A DNA stretch of 64,000 bases from Macrostomum lignano (GCA_002269645.1 NIVC01000985.1:124001-188000), one strand, 5' to 3'. Counted from the stretch's first letter, positions 21,891-35,888 are shown. Translations and numbers: made by a program. The notes: generated by a model from the letters alone, not told the origin.

Positions 21891-24800
21891 CAATAAATGT
21901 ATTCCACGCAAGAATATGCAATTAATACGCTCGTATTAATATAGTCAGCTCAGTAGTAGGCTAAGTTTTTGCCTAGACCAGACTAGATAGATTCGTCTAT
22001 GGTAGGCTGGCCTTTCTGCATACCAAATCCAAGTCTGGGCTCGCTTTGCAAGACCGGACTACCATAGACAGCTTTCTGGATACGGCCATTCATATAGCTC
22101 ATAATCCACGACGCTACCGCTCGAGTAGTTTCGAAAATGGCAACCGAACGTTCCATACTGAGATTGGTACATCCACTATAAAATAGCGAATTTGATGTCA
22201 TTGACTGGACGATAGCCAGCAGAAAAAATCAAGAAATCCGAAAGTGTATTTCTATGCAACATCAACCTTGTAAAAAGAATGTGGCACTCAATGTAAAAAA
22301 GAGTCGGTCGTAAGAGCTTTTCTGAATTGAGAACTGTAGAGTACTCTTGAAGTACATCATTATAAGCAGGTGGCGCTCCGAGGAAGTGCCAGTCAATGAA
22401 ATTCTGCCCCTGTGTCTGTCATTTAAAACATCTTTCCACATTGCTCAAAAGCATATTTGACCATAAATACGAGTTAGCAAATACGTGCTCCACTGCATGC
22501 TTAGAAATTAATTAATCAAGATCCGAAAATGATGCAGGCGCCAACAAAGAAAACAGTTCGATTTCTCTTTTCTGTTTTTACGCACGATTGAATTCACAAA
22601 GAACACAAGAAAATCATTATCGCACCTGAACAAACTATGGCTTTATGAATGGAAAATACACAGAGAACTGAGAAGCGGAAATCGATCAAAGTATCCAAAA
22701 GATTAAGAAGGGCACAAGAGAGTCCGAAAACCCAATCCGATCGAGGCGGCAGGTTCAGAGCAGCTGAGTTTGTCCTGTCTTTGAAGCATCAGTGCCAACC
22801 CACGCTGAGAGCGGGCGTCTTCTATAGCGCAAAAGCCGCAAATCTCTCCTGCAATAAAAAGATTATGGGCCCCGCTGGAGGGGATCGGAGGCCGTCTCGG
22901 CGCGAGCGGATCTTCATAAATCACCTGGTATTGCTGCAGTCTCAGCTGTCAAGCCCCCCCCCCCTCGGAGCAGGGTGTTATCTTTTTTCTACCTGGATTT
23001 CTCCTTTTACACCGTTTGGTCACTTCAGCTGCCTCTCTGGTTGCACTTATAATACACTCCTCTCACACTCGCAATGCATTATTAATCTGCGGACACCGAA
23101 AAAGCGGATCTATCGAATGAAATTTTTTTCTTGTCGCTAAACTTTTGCCAGCGATTTTTGAGAAGGCTCAAACTCAAAATAAAATAGCATAAAATCCACG
23201 GCTAGATGCATGCCCAAGTTCTTGCACCGCAGGAATAACGATATGAACAACCGCAATGACTAAGCCTGCATGTTACAATAGCTTGAGTTGTTTCTAGTCT
23301 CCATTAACCTGACCAGTTCTTAAATGCACCATCAAGTTCCTCTTTCCTCAGTTGCATCATTTATGAGCAGAGAAAGGGTGAACCTTACAAATAGCAGGTA
23401 TTCAAATCGGGAACTGTCTGTCTCTCGCTAGCTCAGTATCACTAGCACAATTTCTATCCCATCTTGGGAAGCTGCTGATCCTACCAGCCCAGCTTATCCT
23501 GCAGCGATGCATGCAGCTGGATAGGGACAGGAAGAATTCCGGGAAGTAGTTCCACAGCTGCCACTGTTTGCGGACTTCACCCTGTATAATCGCCAGCCGC
23601 ACTGGATGACTGACAATCGAGTGCAGAGGCTGGTGGCTGAGCTGGGGGGGAGGGGCTCTCCTTGCCTTGTCACGCCCAGAGCCCGCCGGGCAGACGCCCT
23701 CTCAGCATCAGTTGCCACGAGTCCATTAAGCAGACCGAAGCGCTGCTACAGCTGTCTAATAAATCCCTACGAGCTCAAATTTTATTATTTTATGTCGAAT
23801 TGTCCTTGCAAAGACTGCGCATCGGGTTCGTTGAGTTTTTAGCACCCCCCACAATTCACTGGATCCCGATCTTGGTGCTTGACTGCCCCAGTTCCGATGC
23901 CAAGTCCAAGTCCATATTCGGAGACAGATATATCCTCAGGTCTTGAGTGAATAATTGCTGCTGAGTTATCCAGGAGATTGATAATGGCTAGAAAGTGTTT
24001 GGAGAAATAATCTAGAAAACCTGGGCTGACATCCTAACTGGGCATTGGATTGAATTGAACATGAACATGAACATTGAACATGAGGTCATACAGCAGTTCC
24101 GGGAGCTCATCATGACCCCCTTTCAGACCCGCGGCACCGCGACAAAAAGGCCTGCAGTGGCAGGAATCCTGATCAATGGATGTTTGCAATAAAATGTTGT
24201 CGCAAGATACGAACGTGTCGATTAGAAATACATTGTAAATATTAAGTGTATTGTACGAGCGTATGTGCATGTATAAATGAAACACAGAAGTATATACGAG
24301 TTCTTGTGTGTTTGCGTTGTAGCCCAATCACGTCGGTGGGCCTGGGCCAGTTCCGGCGACCGAGACTTTGGTCTCGAGAAAGGTTACTGACCTCCTGATC
24401 TGAGGCTGGGTCCAGAGAGCTAAAGGGATCAGTTGCCTTACGTTGCCAGCTAAGAAAAACTTTGGCACCTGCACATGAAAACTGCGTCGATAATTTAGGC
24501 TTGTTTTACTCCACTCTATCTTAAAATGTGAGATCGTGACACCCGTCTGAGACAAAAAACAGATTTCAGAGAAGTAGACCACAGGCTTGACACAGCGGCT
24601 TCTATTCAGAACTACCTCCCACGGTTTCCATTCCATTTTTGAAGCCGCTGTTTAGGTACATGCTGCCGCGTTAAGATACCCTGCTGTTGACACAAAGGGA
24701 TCGGAATTAGACAAAGCAAATTATCGAAATTTCCCAACTAGCAGGATAACATAAGATCCTTACACACAGAGCTCTTTCCGTCCTTCTGCTCCACTTTTTC

Positions 24801-27669
24801 CCACGCTTCAATCGTCAAACGCTTTGTGCCAAACCAAACAAGAATGGTGGAATTTGAGATGAAGTGGTAATTGAAACTTGTGACGCTGCCGACGTAGAGC
24901 AGAGAGCAACAGGGATGCTGCTTCCTGATCCCGGATAGTCCAGCATCCGTGCTTCGCCAAATGCTTTCCTGCTCTCTCTATTTCAGCTCCTATACGCAAA
25001 TATCTAAAAACACGTCGAAGCATCGATCGGCCAAAACCGGACGTAAATTTCGGGCCCCTCGCAGCTATCCCAGCCACCTCATTCACCCTCCAATTCGCCG
25101 CAGTCCTCCGCTCGTCTCTACTTAAGCTCGAAATTCGTCTCCCTAAACAGAGCTTTTTCAGCAAGTCGTACAAGACGGAGTGAAAAAGCAGTAGACGAAG
25201 AAACTTCTAACGTTAATTAATAGGAAAACTCAGCAAACACAGTCCCCTATACGCCCGCGCCTTCTTCTCTTTCTCGTCACTGCTTCTTTTACAATCACAA
25301 CATGAGAGGCTCTGTTTTCTGATACCATTGGCCCACAAAAATTTCCTGCCAACTTTTCCATAATAGTTTGGATATTTAGGCTACAAATTCATTGAAGAGG
25401 GCGAACGATGCGCTACCCGAAGGGCCCCCCATTCTGACTCTGACTATGGGGGGGCTGACTTTTTTAGGAGTGTTGCCTAAATGCGTTATGACACCTCCGG
25501 CCCTCTGTATAGCCACCTGTGGTCAGCGCGAGGTGTACCTTGGTGTTGTTGTTCATGGAAGAGTGCGGCCTTACGCTGTCATAATAAGTGTCTTTGATAA
25601 AGTCTGGTACGAGATGTACGTAAAATTAAAACTGTGGGTTTAGCCCTCCTGAATACGTTTGGTCTGGAAAACGTTTAAGTAGTTTTTAGTTCCTTATATA
25701 CGCTCTGAGAAGATATGAGAAGAAAAGTTACACTATAGCTATATATATCTTAGTCCTATATCATTGCTAAAACTGCAAGAGCATGCGTGTGCTGGAAACA
25801 TCCGACACACCATGCTTAAGGCATTGACACACACTTCGATGGCACTTCAGTCAGGATTTTACATCCTCCAGAATGTCAGTTTCCCACGCCTGGAGCGTTT
25901 CTTGTTTGACGTCAAACTAATTGGCAGCTGGCAAGCAATGGGGAATGTCATTTCTTTGTTAGAAATGAAAAAGACTTCCTCACTTCTCTGTAATCATGCT
26001 CCCCACCCTCGTCACTCTCATGAACTTGCAATGTCATCAGACGGACGGTTCTGCCAGGAAGTGATTGTCGACTGCAGCGAACTCTGGCATCGGTCTCTTT
26101 GTTTGCAGAAATTATTGGTTGCTGCGTCTCTCGAGCAGTCGTCTCATCCAAAACACAGAAACAGGCCCGAGCAGCACTGTAGCTTAAACAGCGGCAGTTG
26201 CAGCTTTAAATTAACCTAAATTGTCTCGACTATCTCATTTCCAATTTCACTGCACTGCGCTCAGGCCTGCAATTTGCTGCGGCTGCTCTTTCGTTCTAAC
26301 CTCTTCAGGTCTCAATGGAATTCTATGGATTACTATGCAGAGTAAGTTCAGGAAGAAAGCTATGGCAAGTTCAACTGCAAAGGCGACTGTTTGCTTTCAG
26401 GTGAATATTTACCTGCGAGACGAGACCTTGGCGGTTCAGATTGTAAGTGGAACAAGTCTTTAGTAATATTTTATCTCTAAATCAGCAGAATACTATAGTA
26501 AGTCTTTTGAGTATTGCTGAATGAAAATCACGGTGACATTCGACAGTCAGCGCGGGATTTATGCCAATTTTGACTTCTGAGTACTAGCATACATGCTCAG
26601 AAAAAAGCACACATTCCAAGCTTCGACCAGTAGCCAGAAATTCTCGCACAAACGCCATATTAATTTGAAGCCATGCGAAGTCGAACCCCTCACTTACGGT
26701 ATACTCGTAAGCTTCCAAGCAATGAGCGAAATGCATTTATTCACTCGTAAGAGTTGAAGCCGTCGTGCTCAGCACAAGTAGTTATTCAGAGAAAGAGCGT
26801 TGTCCAAATATCAAATCTGAAAACTCAGTTTGAAGCAGAATGTGTGTTAATTTTAACACTAGTATATAGTTAAATAGTTAGAACGATCTGTGTATATTTA
26901 TGCTTGTTGCAATGGAGATGGCACTGCATTTAGTACTCATAAAAAGTGAAGCATATGCAGTGTGAAGACGGAGCCAGGCCTATATATTTGTTGTCACTAC
27001 ACTTAACAACAGACAGGGAGAAGAGGCTTTAAGGTAGCTATGAAATTTCTGCTTCAGATTTTCTAGGCAGCTCCGGCTCAAGCTTCTGGGACAAAAAATC
27101 AAAATAACAACATAAATAATGTGACACCTTAAAACGCAAATGGATTTCATTGCATTACGGTATACGATTTTCATAATATTTTACTCAATGCACAACGCGT
27201 AACCAAGTCAAATAATAAAAGCAAACTGATTATTCATTCGCTTTAGGTAAATAGAAAGAAATCCTCACAAAGCATTGATAAATCCAAAGTCTTAACGCCC
27301 AACTATTTGAATATCACGTGGGGGCGTAAGCTATGAAAATTACGAGCGTAGTAACTCATACGGGATGAAAAGTAAAAAAGCAGGTCAGTGATAATTCGCA
27401 AGTGTGGATGGTTACAGAAAAGGATGTTGTTTTTTCAATAGCTAGAATCAGTTTCAATGGTTAACGCGTCAAATTTTTTTTGATAAACCGTGCATAGATG
27501 CAAGATATCGCAATAAAAAGCTACTGATAATTTGTTTGTGCTTAGTTTTCACTCACAGTACGCAAATATGCCATAAATAGATATATAGTTATGATATCAA
27601 AGCGGGCGCTATCAAAATATTTTTATTGGTCTCGAGTTCAGAGATTCGAGGCTTTTGTTAAAATCAGGC

Positions 27670-29730
27670 TCACTCCAGCATCTGCCGCTCCTTTCCCGGC
27701 TGGTCCATCAGCTCGATCGCCTCCTCCTGATTGGCCGGATGCTCGTGGATTTCCGGCCTCTGGACTGTACACTGCGGAGCTTCGTCGACGACAATTTCGT
27801 CGCCGTCGTTAGTCCGCCGGTCGCCAGCGACTCCGCCGTTTGCGTCGCCACCGCCACCAGCGCTGCTTCCTCCTCCTCCACCTCCTCCGCCGCCACCGCC
27901 ACCGCCGCCCTTGCGATCAGCGCGACCACCTTGCCTCTCCGGACGGATTCTGAGCAGGCGAAACGCCTCCGCCTTGAAGGCTGGCCCAGCCAGGCAGTAC
28001 AGCAAGAAATGGATTGCGTAATTAAGATTGAACATGCTGTAGCAGCATACCTGGCCCAGGTAAATCAGGTTCAGNNNNNNNNNNNNNNNNNNNNNNNNNN
28101 NNNNNNNNNNNNNNNNNNNNNNNNNNNNNNNNNNNNNNNNNNNNNNNNNNNNNNNNNNNNNNNNNNNNNNNNNNNNNNNNNNNNNNNNNNNNNNNNNNNN
28201 NNNNNNNNNNNNNNNNNNNNNNNNNNNNNNNNNNNNNNNNNNNNNNNNNNNNNNNNNNNNNNNNNNNNNNNNNNNNNNNNNNNNNNNNNNNNNNNNNNNN
28301 NNNNNNNNNNNNNNNNNNNNNNNNNNNNNNNNNNNNNNNNNNNNNNNNNNNNNNNNNNNNNNNNNNNNNNNNNNNNNNNNNNNNNNNNNNNNNNNNNNNN
28401 NNNNNNNNNNNNNNNNNNNNNNNNNNNNNNNNNNNNNNNNNNNNNNNNNNNNNNNNNNNNNNNNNNNNNNNNNNNNNNNNNNNNNNNNNNNNNNNNNNNN
28501 NNNNNNNNNNNNNNNNNNNNNNNNNNNNNNNNNNNNNNNNNNNNNNNNNNNNNNNNNNNNNNNNNNNNNNNNNNNNNNNNNNNNNNNNNNNNNNNNNNNN
28601 NNNNNNNNNNNNNNNNNNNNNNNNNNNNNNNNNNNNNNNNNNNNNNNNNNNNNNNNNNNNNNNNNNNNNNNNNNNNNNNNNNNNNNNNNNNNNNNNNNNN
28701 NNNNNNNNNNNNNNNNNNNNNNNNNNNNNNNNNNNNNNNNNNNNNNNNNNNNNNNNNNNNNNNNNNNNNNNNNNNNNNNNNNNNNNNNNNNNNNNNNNNN
28801 NNNNNNNNNNNNNNNNNNNNNCTCCGCTTGAAGGCTGGCCCAGCCAGGCAGTACAGCAAGAAATGGATTGCGTAATTAAGATTGAACATGCTGTAGCAGC
28901 ATACCTGGCCCAGGTAAATCAGGTTCAGAACGATTTTCTTTTGCCTCATAAATAGTGTCACGCTTCTCATTCAGCACCACGGTGAGGATGAGGTAGGGTA
29001 CGAGGAAACCAGGTAGAAGATGCTGGTGCACAGAAGCATTTTCGTGAGGTTGCTGCCGTCCTTCTCTCTTGTTCGGCGCTTTGTGCAAATTTTTCTCGCG
29101 CTTAGCTTTCACCGATGCAGCGTGCGAATAATGAGCAGGTTGGCAATGAGCATGACTAGAAACGGTCCGACTGTTATTAGCGAAGGATCGACGTACTTCA
29201 CGTACGCTTTCCTAATAAACTCGTCCTCAGACGAGCAGATTGTTTTGTTGTTGTCGTTTACCATTAGGGTCATGTACCATGGATGTCGGCAGTTGATAAG
29301 AGACACTAAACAGGCTATCAGTATGCACACTAGCTTGGAACGTTTAATCGTGCAAAACTGTCTGGCCTTAAAGGGGCACACGACCCAAACCATCCGATCG
29401 ATGGTCACGGCCACGAGTACCCAGGCGCTGATCTGCGTCACAGAGTAGTTCAGAAACAGCTGCAGCTTGCAGAGCACTATGTGCGTGTCTCGAAACTGCG
29501 TGCTACTGGTGAAGACAGCAGCCGCCAGGGCCTTTGTTGTCGGGCCGACCAGCAGTACCAGGATGTCAACGGCGGCCAGAACGGTGAAGTAGAAAGCCGT
29601 GCTAGTGTTTCGCAGGTTCGGCGCGCGCAGCACCCTGATGGTGAGGATATTGCCGCCAATTCCAAACAGAGCGATTAGACCGGCCAGGCTCATCTCCAGG
29701 GCGACCAGACCTTCGTAGATTTTTGCTATT
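27670..29730 (-). CDS. Class A (rhodopsin) orphan peptide-receptor-like GPCR, FMRFamide/myosuppressin/Srw-related; the coding region is disrupted in this assembly and interrupted by a false N gap
   Basis: TM1 GIGGNILTIRVL, TM2 STAFYFTVLAAVD, TM3 CKL...SAWVLVAVTIDR, TM6 LTKMLLCTSIFYLVSS, TM7 NLNYAIHFLLYCLAGPAFK, and a Gly-rich tail. Acceptor TTTTAG| at 29731 implies an upstream exon, which I did not find. In-frame TGA at 29111-29109 and paired frame changes near 28995 and 28940. Confidence 0.85.
28075..28821. other. Assembly gap (747 N) whose flanks overlap
   Basis: 27967-28074 is repeated at 28822-28928 with one C missing. Confidence 0.95.
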
Positions 29731-32700
29731 CTAAAATTTGTTATTAGAGAAGAGAACTGTCATAAGTTTGATATCCCATAGACACCATTAACGCCCGCTA
29801 ATGTCACTAACCGCCCGGAATTCCGCCCGGCAGATGAAATGTTCTTTTGACCACAGCGAATATCGTCTATGGCAGTAAGTGGGGGCTTAGCCACATGGAT
29901 GAATGGTTTTATTCATCTATGCTTCGCCCCACAGCTTCCATTATGGGGACTCTGCCCCCACACCCCCGGCCCTTGCTATGAAGTGTAGCGTCGGGCAAAG
30001 ATGTCTATGGTATAATATCATTGATACCCAGGCGTTAATGAGAAACCTTTTTGCAAGTGAATTCGCCCAAGCTGCAAAACCTTTTGTCCACTATAGGGAG
30101 CTAAATGTACAGTCTGGTAGATAATGCCATAGACAGCTGCGTTCATACAAAAACTTTTCTATAGAAAACAGCGCGAAACAAAGTGTCAATGTTAGAATGT
30201 TAACTATGATCCACTTGTCTAGTCTAGGGGACGAAATGTCGTCTTAAGCGCGAAAGAGAGACCGAGTGTTCCTTAACGACGTGTTAAACAAGCTCACTAC
30301 CCAGACAGGCCAGCACTTTAGTGATAATGAAACGATAATTGAGCCAATGTTATATTATTCAGTCGATTTGCGAGGGTCATATAGGATTAATCGATAAATT
30401 TGGGCTTGCCGCTATTAGGCTAACACAACAGTATAACGCAACATACATTGTTAGCAAGATACTAGCGATTGGGGTGGACGGAGCCTGGAGAGGTGATGGT
30501 TGGTTCGAAGGCGAAGCCTCATCAAATTGCTATTTACTGGGCGTGGACATCTGCAGCACTGGATGTCCAAGTCCTTGTACGCGAATATTGGTGCCCCACG
30601 CACAATTCAGTCATGCATCCGCCTTCATATACAAATTACTTTTGAGGTCAGCTGCCTAGCGCCATCAGTAAGTATGCAAAGCTCACAGAGTTCATTTCCG
30701 TCAACTCGCGTCTATCTTTATCCAATTTCTCGCCACTCTGTTTATTCAAGAGCTATTAAAGTTGCGCCCCGATCTGCCTGCAGATTTTATGCAGCTCTTG
30801 CTGTTCCCATCATCCCTCCCAGTCTGTTGACATTGTTTAAGTACTTTTCCCCCGTTGGTTTTTCAAACCTCAACGCATCGCGAGGCGAACATGGCTGCTG
30901 GCGGGGCTGGCAGTGTCAACAAGGGGCTTCGGCGATAACGTGAGGATTTTCGTGCATTTGGCGGGTAGCTCTGCAGCTACAACTGTATTTTGGGATGAGA
31001 AAATACTGGCAAGTAGGAGCGTCTTTTTCGCGCACAAGGCTCACGATTCAAACTGTAGAAGCCTTCACGATCCTAGATGCTCAAAGAAGAGAGAAGGAAA
31101 CTCCCCCCTATCAAGATTTCGTTCCCCTGCATCATTCATCGTCGATACCGTAGCTTGAGATTGCAGAATCCTTAAGTCAGGGAGAAATGTTGGTGCTCAT
31201 GTCAAGAAAGGCAGAGACAGCTTAGGAAGTAGAAAGAGACAACTAGAAAAAGCAGAAAGCCTAAGCTGGGCCAATACTTCAAGGATAAGGGTGAAGGAGA
31301 CAAGCAGCAATAGCTCTCGAGGCTCGGCTTAACCCCTTCGTAAACAATGGAAAGGGTGGGGGGAATTTTTCCAGCAAAAAGAGAGGACAGTGCGGATGGG
31401 AGTAAGAACAAGAGAAGGGTAGATGGGATTTCAGAGGCTACGTCAGTGCGGATGGGGTGAAGCTGAGAGACAAGAGCAAATGGAGGTTTGAGCCAAAAAC
31501 TTGCAGTTCTGCAGCTAAGAATCCAAAATTCGCTTTATCCCTACATCTCCTATTTATTCACTACACAAGGCAAAATCCCCTATCCTATGGTGGGAATAAT
31601 TACCTGCTTGATTCTCTTGATTATCAGTTTCTTATACGGTGCATTCGTACTCGCAGCGTGGAAAATCAAGGAAAGGAAGGCTAAAGAGACTTGCATGGCT
31701 TGTGGGCGGTAATTTGTCTGGGAAGCGGGTGTGAGTCTCGGAGCGCCCAGTTCTCAGCTGGAGGAAGAAAATCGATGGCTGTGGCAATGTGTGGGGCTGG
31801 AAGCCCTATCCCATCTTCCTTCCATCATGGAATGTGCTGTGCGTTCTTTTTCCATACTTCAAACTCCTATCCTGTCAATAAATCCTAAAACATGGCTTTA
31901 AATAAAATTAGTAACAATACAGATCGCTATATTTTCCTCTACCTGCAGGAGAAGCAGAGTGAGTTGGTTGCATAAAGTGGCTGAAGCTGAAAAACTCTGC
32001 TTGCAATTAGGAGACTCTACTGTCATTGCTGGTGGTTCTGTATCATTGGAAACTAATGACACGGCATGCTGCATAAGCAGTTCTTGCGATATAAAAGCGG
32101 GTCAACTCGGTTCTAAAGTCTTACCAAACCTGTTTTCGCCTTTTTAAATCCCAGCATAGACACGAACTGCTACTGGGCAGTCCTCAAACAGATAACGGGG
32201 GGAACACTAGTGTAAAACAGACTGTTGAGCAAAGAAGGAAGCTAAAGTAATTTTTATGGTTAATAGAATTAATTCGCACTGGCAGTGGAGGAGAAACTGG
32301 CAGGGAAGAGGAGAGGATGGACTGGCTGATGGTGGAGCTGAAAACTCGTTCGTCCCAACCTGCCACCTTGCCCAAATGCGGAGCTGTAATTTAATGACAC
32401 CCTCTGTTCGGAACCAGCCTGCACTTCCTCTTTTTTCTCTTCCTCACTATCCTTTCTGCGTATGGCTTGCACTGTGCAAATTCTGGAGGCTCCATCTCTG
32501 GCCACACCTCCTGAGTATACTCTTTGGCTAAAAAGCCGAAAAGGAAAAGAGGAAGCCTTTTCCTGTAATGCCAAGCTGTATTCCTTTCCACCCAGAGTTT
32601 TGCTGTCTCCCGCTCGCACGAACCATGCAGTAATGCAAGTTGGCAGCGGTGGGATTCAAACCCCAGCAAAGTCTGAAAATTTTGTCTCATATGCAAAGTG

Positions 32701-33725
32701 GAAAAGTGCTTTAAAACTAAATAATTATTTTTACAATAGCAATGCATGCATTGACCCACAGCATCAATCTTTTGTAATCTGCATTGCCAGCTTCCCAGTC
32801 TACTCGTAAATAAATCAGCCAAGTCGGACAAGATTGCGACGCGGCAAACCAAAAGCCGGATTATGCCGAGCTGCCACTGAACAAGTAGAACGTGCTATCG
32901 AAAAGAAAGAGGATCTTGGAAGTAGATGAAGAGACGTGAGGCTGCATGTGGGTCACCTCGGACCAGCCGATGATGTGTTGAGATTAGTTTGAAAGAGCAA
33001 CGCCAGATGGAGCCAGCGGCAGGAGGCTGAGAATCAATAGGAACTGGAAAATGAAGTGTAGAATTGGAATGAGCCTCATCGGCAAAGCTCTCAGGTTCCC
33101 TTCCTTTCTGTTCCAGAATCGCTCTCCACCAGCCCATGCTGGCCGCTCCCACATGCTATCTCCTATGTTTGAGCACCCACCCCAAATCCCAAGTCCTATT
33201 GACCCGGAGCTGCCATCAACTCCGCCCTCAGTCTCTCGACAACATCATGTGGCTTCAAACTAGCATCGGACCTAAAAAATAATTTTCTCTCTCAGATTTC
33301 CGCTGTCAGTCTACAGTCTTCCAACTTCCTTTGAGAAATTTGGAGATAATTCAAGATAATTCTTGTTAATCTTTTTGAGGAAGCGGCGATAGGAAATCGA
33401 GGCTATTGATCTTCATCTAACTCACTGGTAGCGTCTGTGTTTGCGTGCAGCTCCGGGGCTCCCGAGCAAATCTTTGCCGACAAATTGATTCAAGTCTAAT
33501 TATAAGTCTTCTTTGAAGAAGCTGGGCCCGTTGACCCCAGAGAAAGATATCTGGAGGCCGCATCTTTTTAGCGGGTGAACTAAGCTTTTTGTCGGGTGGA
33601 CAGAATCACATTTTGTCTGATAATTTCATTAGTTCAAATCCGATTCAATTTTTATATTAGACAGAGACTATTTGCAAAGGTGTCAGGCCTGGCTTAAAGT
33701 GTAAGTGCGACTGCAAATTAAAACT

Positions 33726-33955
33726 GGTAGGTAGGTAGGTGGGTAGGTAGGTAGGTAGGTAGGTAGAGAGGTAGGTAGGTAGGTAGGTAGGTAGGTAGGT
33801 AGGTAGGTAGAGAGGTAGGTAGGTAGGTAGGTAGGTAGGTAGGTAGGTAGGTAGGTAGGTAGGTAGGTAGGTTGGTTGGTTGGTTGGTAGGTAAGTAGGT
33901 AGGTAGGTAGGTAGGTAGGTAGGTAGGTAGGTAGGTAGGTAAGTAAGTAGAAAGT
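33726..33955. repeat. (TAGG)n microsatellite
   Basis: Direct inspection. Confidence 0.97.
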
Positions 33956-34874
33956 AGGCAGTTGGGAAAAGGTTTGAAGCTAGAAAAGGTAAATAGTGCT
34001 GCTATTCTAATTACAGTATATATCTGCGTAAGAGTTATTAAATGCTTATATAAGAGTTATCCTCCAATGTTTTGAATGCTTTTGCTAATTCTAGTAATAT
34101 TCTTCTTCCACAATATCCATCTTCGTCACCAAAAGAAACAATGGCCAAAAACTCGGCAGGTGACTTTGCTGCTAAGCAAATATTCTTCCATTTTGGTTTT
34201 ACACAAGATGGTCTGAGACAATGAGAGGCGAGCTTGAAGGAATATGTTAGAACGCTTGCGTGTTGCTCAACTGCCTGCCGTCAATTAGTCTGGCAAAAGA
34301 GTAAGAAGAGCTCCTAGAAGAGTCCCAGCAATAATTTATATTCCCTGCTGCGGTTTAGCTACAGGTCTCCCCTACCTCGAAGGAGCCTCCGTCCCAGAGG
34401 CCTGCGGCTGCATCATTAATGCCGCTGCCTGACTTCCTTCTCCTGTTTCAAGCAACTTGCCCCCGCAGGTGCCGCTAGCGGTGCACAGTGCGGAGAACGG
34501 CAACTTAATACAAGCGAGGGTGAAAATACGCAGCTAGATGATTCGTTTGCGTGTCTGCTCTTGCATGCTGCGTGGCACTTTTCAAAAATTCATAGCCGAT
34601 ATCATAAAGAAGCCGCGCCAGGCAGTCTCCCACGCCACCAAGGTTTACAGGTGGGTGGGGAGCATAAACTATACAGAGAATTAGCGGCGCCACTGGCAAT
34701 GACAGGGCAGGGGCAGCCCGGGCAGCCCTGCTCTAAAAAATCTTGATTGATAAAGCCGGTGAAGCGATGCGGCTCAAGGGGACTGAATAAAACTGAAACT
34801 CTACTATTTTGGAATCTGGAAACAAAGGGGCTGATGAAGAGGGAAGATTGGCAAAATCGATCTCATTCGTAGCC

Positions 34875-35410
34875 ACCTACCTACCTACCTACCTGCCTAC
34901 CTACCTACCTACCTACCTACCTACCTACCTACCTACCTACCTACCTACCTACCTACCTACCTACCTACCTACCTACCTACCTACCTGCCTACCTACCTAC
35001 CTACCTACCTACCTACCTACCTACCTACCTACCTACCTACCTACCTACCTACCTACCTACCTACCTACCTACCTCTCTACCTACCTACCTACCTACCTAC
35101 CTACCTGCCTACCTACCTACCTACTTGCCTACCTACCTACCTCTCTACCTACCTACCTACCTACCTACCTGCCTACCTACCTACCTACCTACCTACCTAC
35201 CTACCTACCTACCTACCTACCTCTCTACCTACCTACCTACCTACCTACCTACCTGCCTACCTACCTACCTACTTGCCTACCTACCTACCTCTCTACCTAC
35301 CTACCTACCTACCTACCTGCCTACCTACCTACCTACCTACCTACCTATCTATCTACCTACCTACCTACCTACCTACCTACCTACCTATCTACCTACCTAT
35401 CTACCTTAGC
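34875..35410. repeat. (CCTA)n microsatellite
   Basis: Direct inspection. It is the reverse complement of the array at 33726. Confidence 0.97.
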
Positions 35411-35888
35411 TACCAACCAATCGACCTCACTCACCTACTACTAGCTCGTATCAAACCTCTCCAGAAAAGTGCAGCCACCCGTAGAGCCGCAAGAAAGAAT
35501 GGTTGAGTAAAATGGAATCAAAGCTTTACTAGGAGCAGGGAGTGAAGGCTGATAAAAAGCACTCACTTGAATAGAAGAGGAACTAAAACTTGAAAGTCAA
35601 TACTAAATACATGGGACACTTCATAATGTTGCTTTCTGGGAATGTCAGCGGCAGCGCCCACTTTTCAATCGATTGGCAAACTATTCGGCTCTCTGGCTCT
35701 TAGCCGCAGTCTGTTGGATCATTCTGCTCAAATTATACAATTCCTGAAGCACCCCCACCCTCGGCAGGCTACTGCTCGTCTTGGGTTTCTTAAGTTTGAA
35801 CTCAAATCAATCGGGTCCGCAAGATAAGAAGACAAACACGAACTGTCAATAAGAAACCTGAGTCGGCGCTCGATTCTGCCTGTGAAGT

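Noticed and set aside
24808-25173. 121-aa minus-strand ORF
   Set aside because: No recognisable domain or supporting splice structure. It cannot be supported without a database search.
27655-28970. Long ORFs spanning the N run, and a real tandem duplication of TM7
   Set aside because: They are artefacts of translating Ns and of overlapping contig ends.
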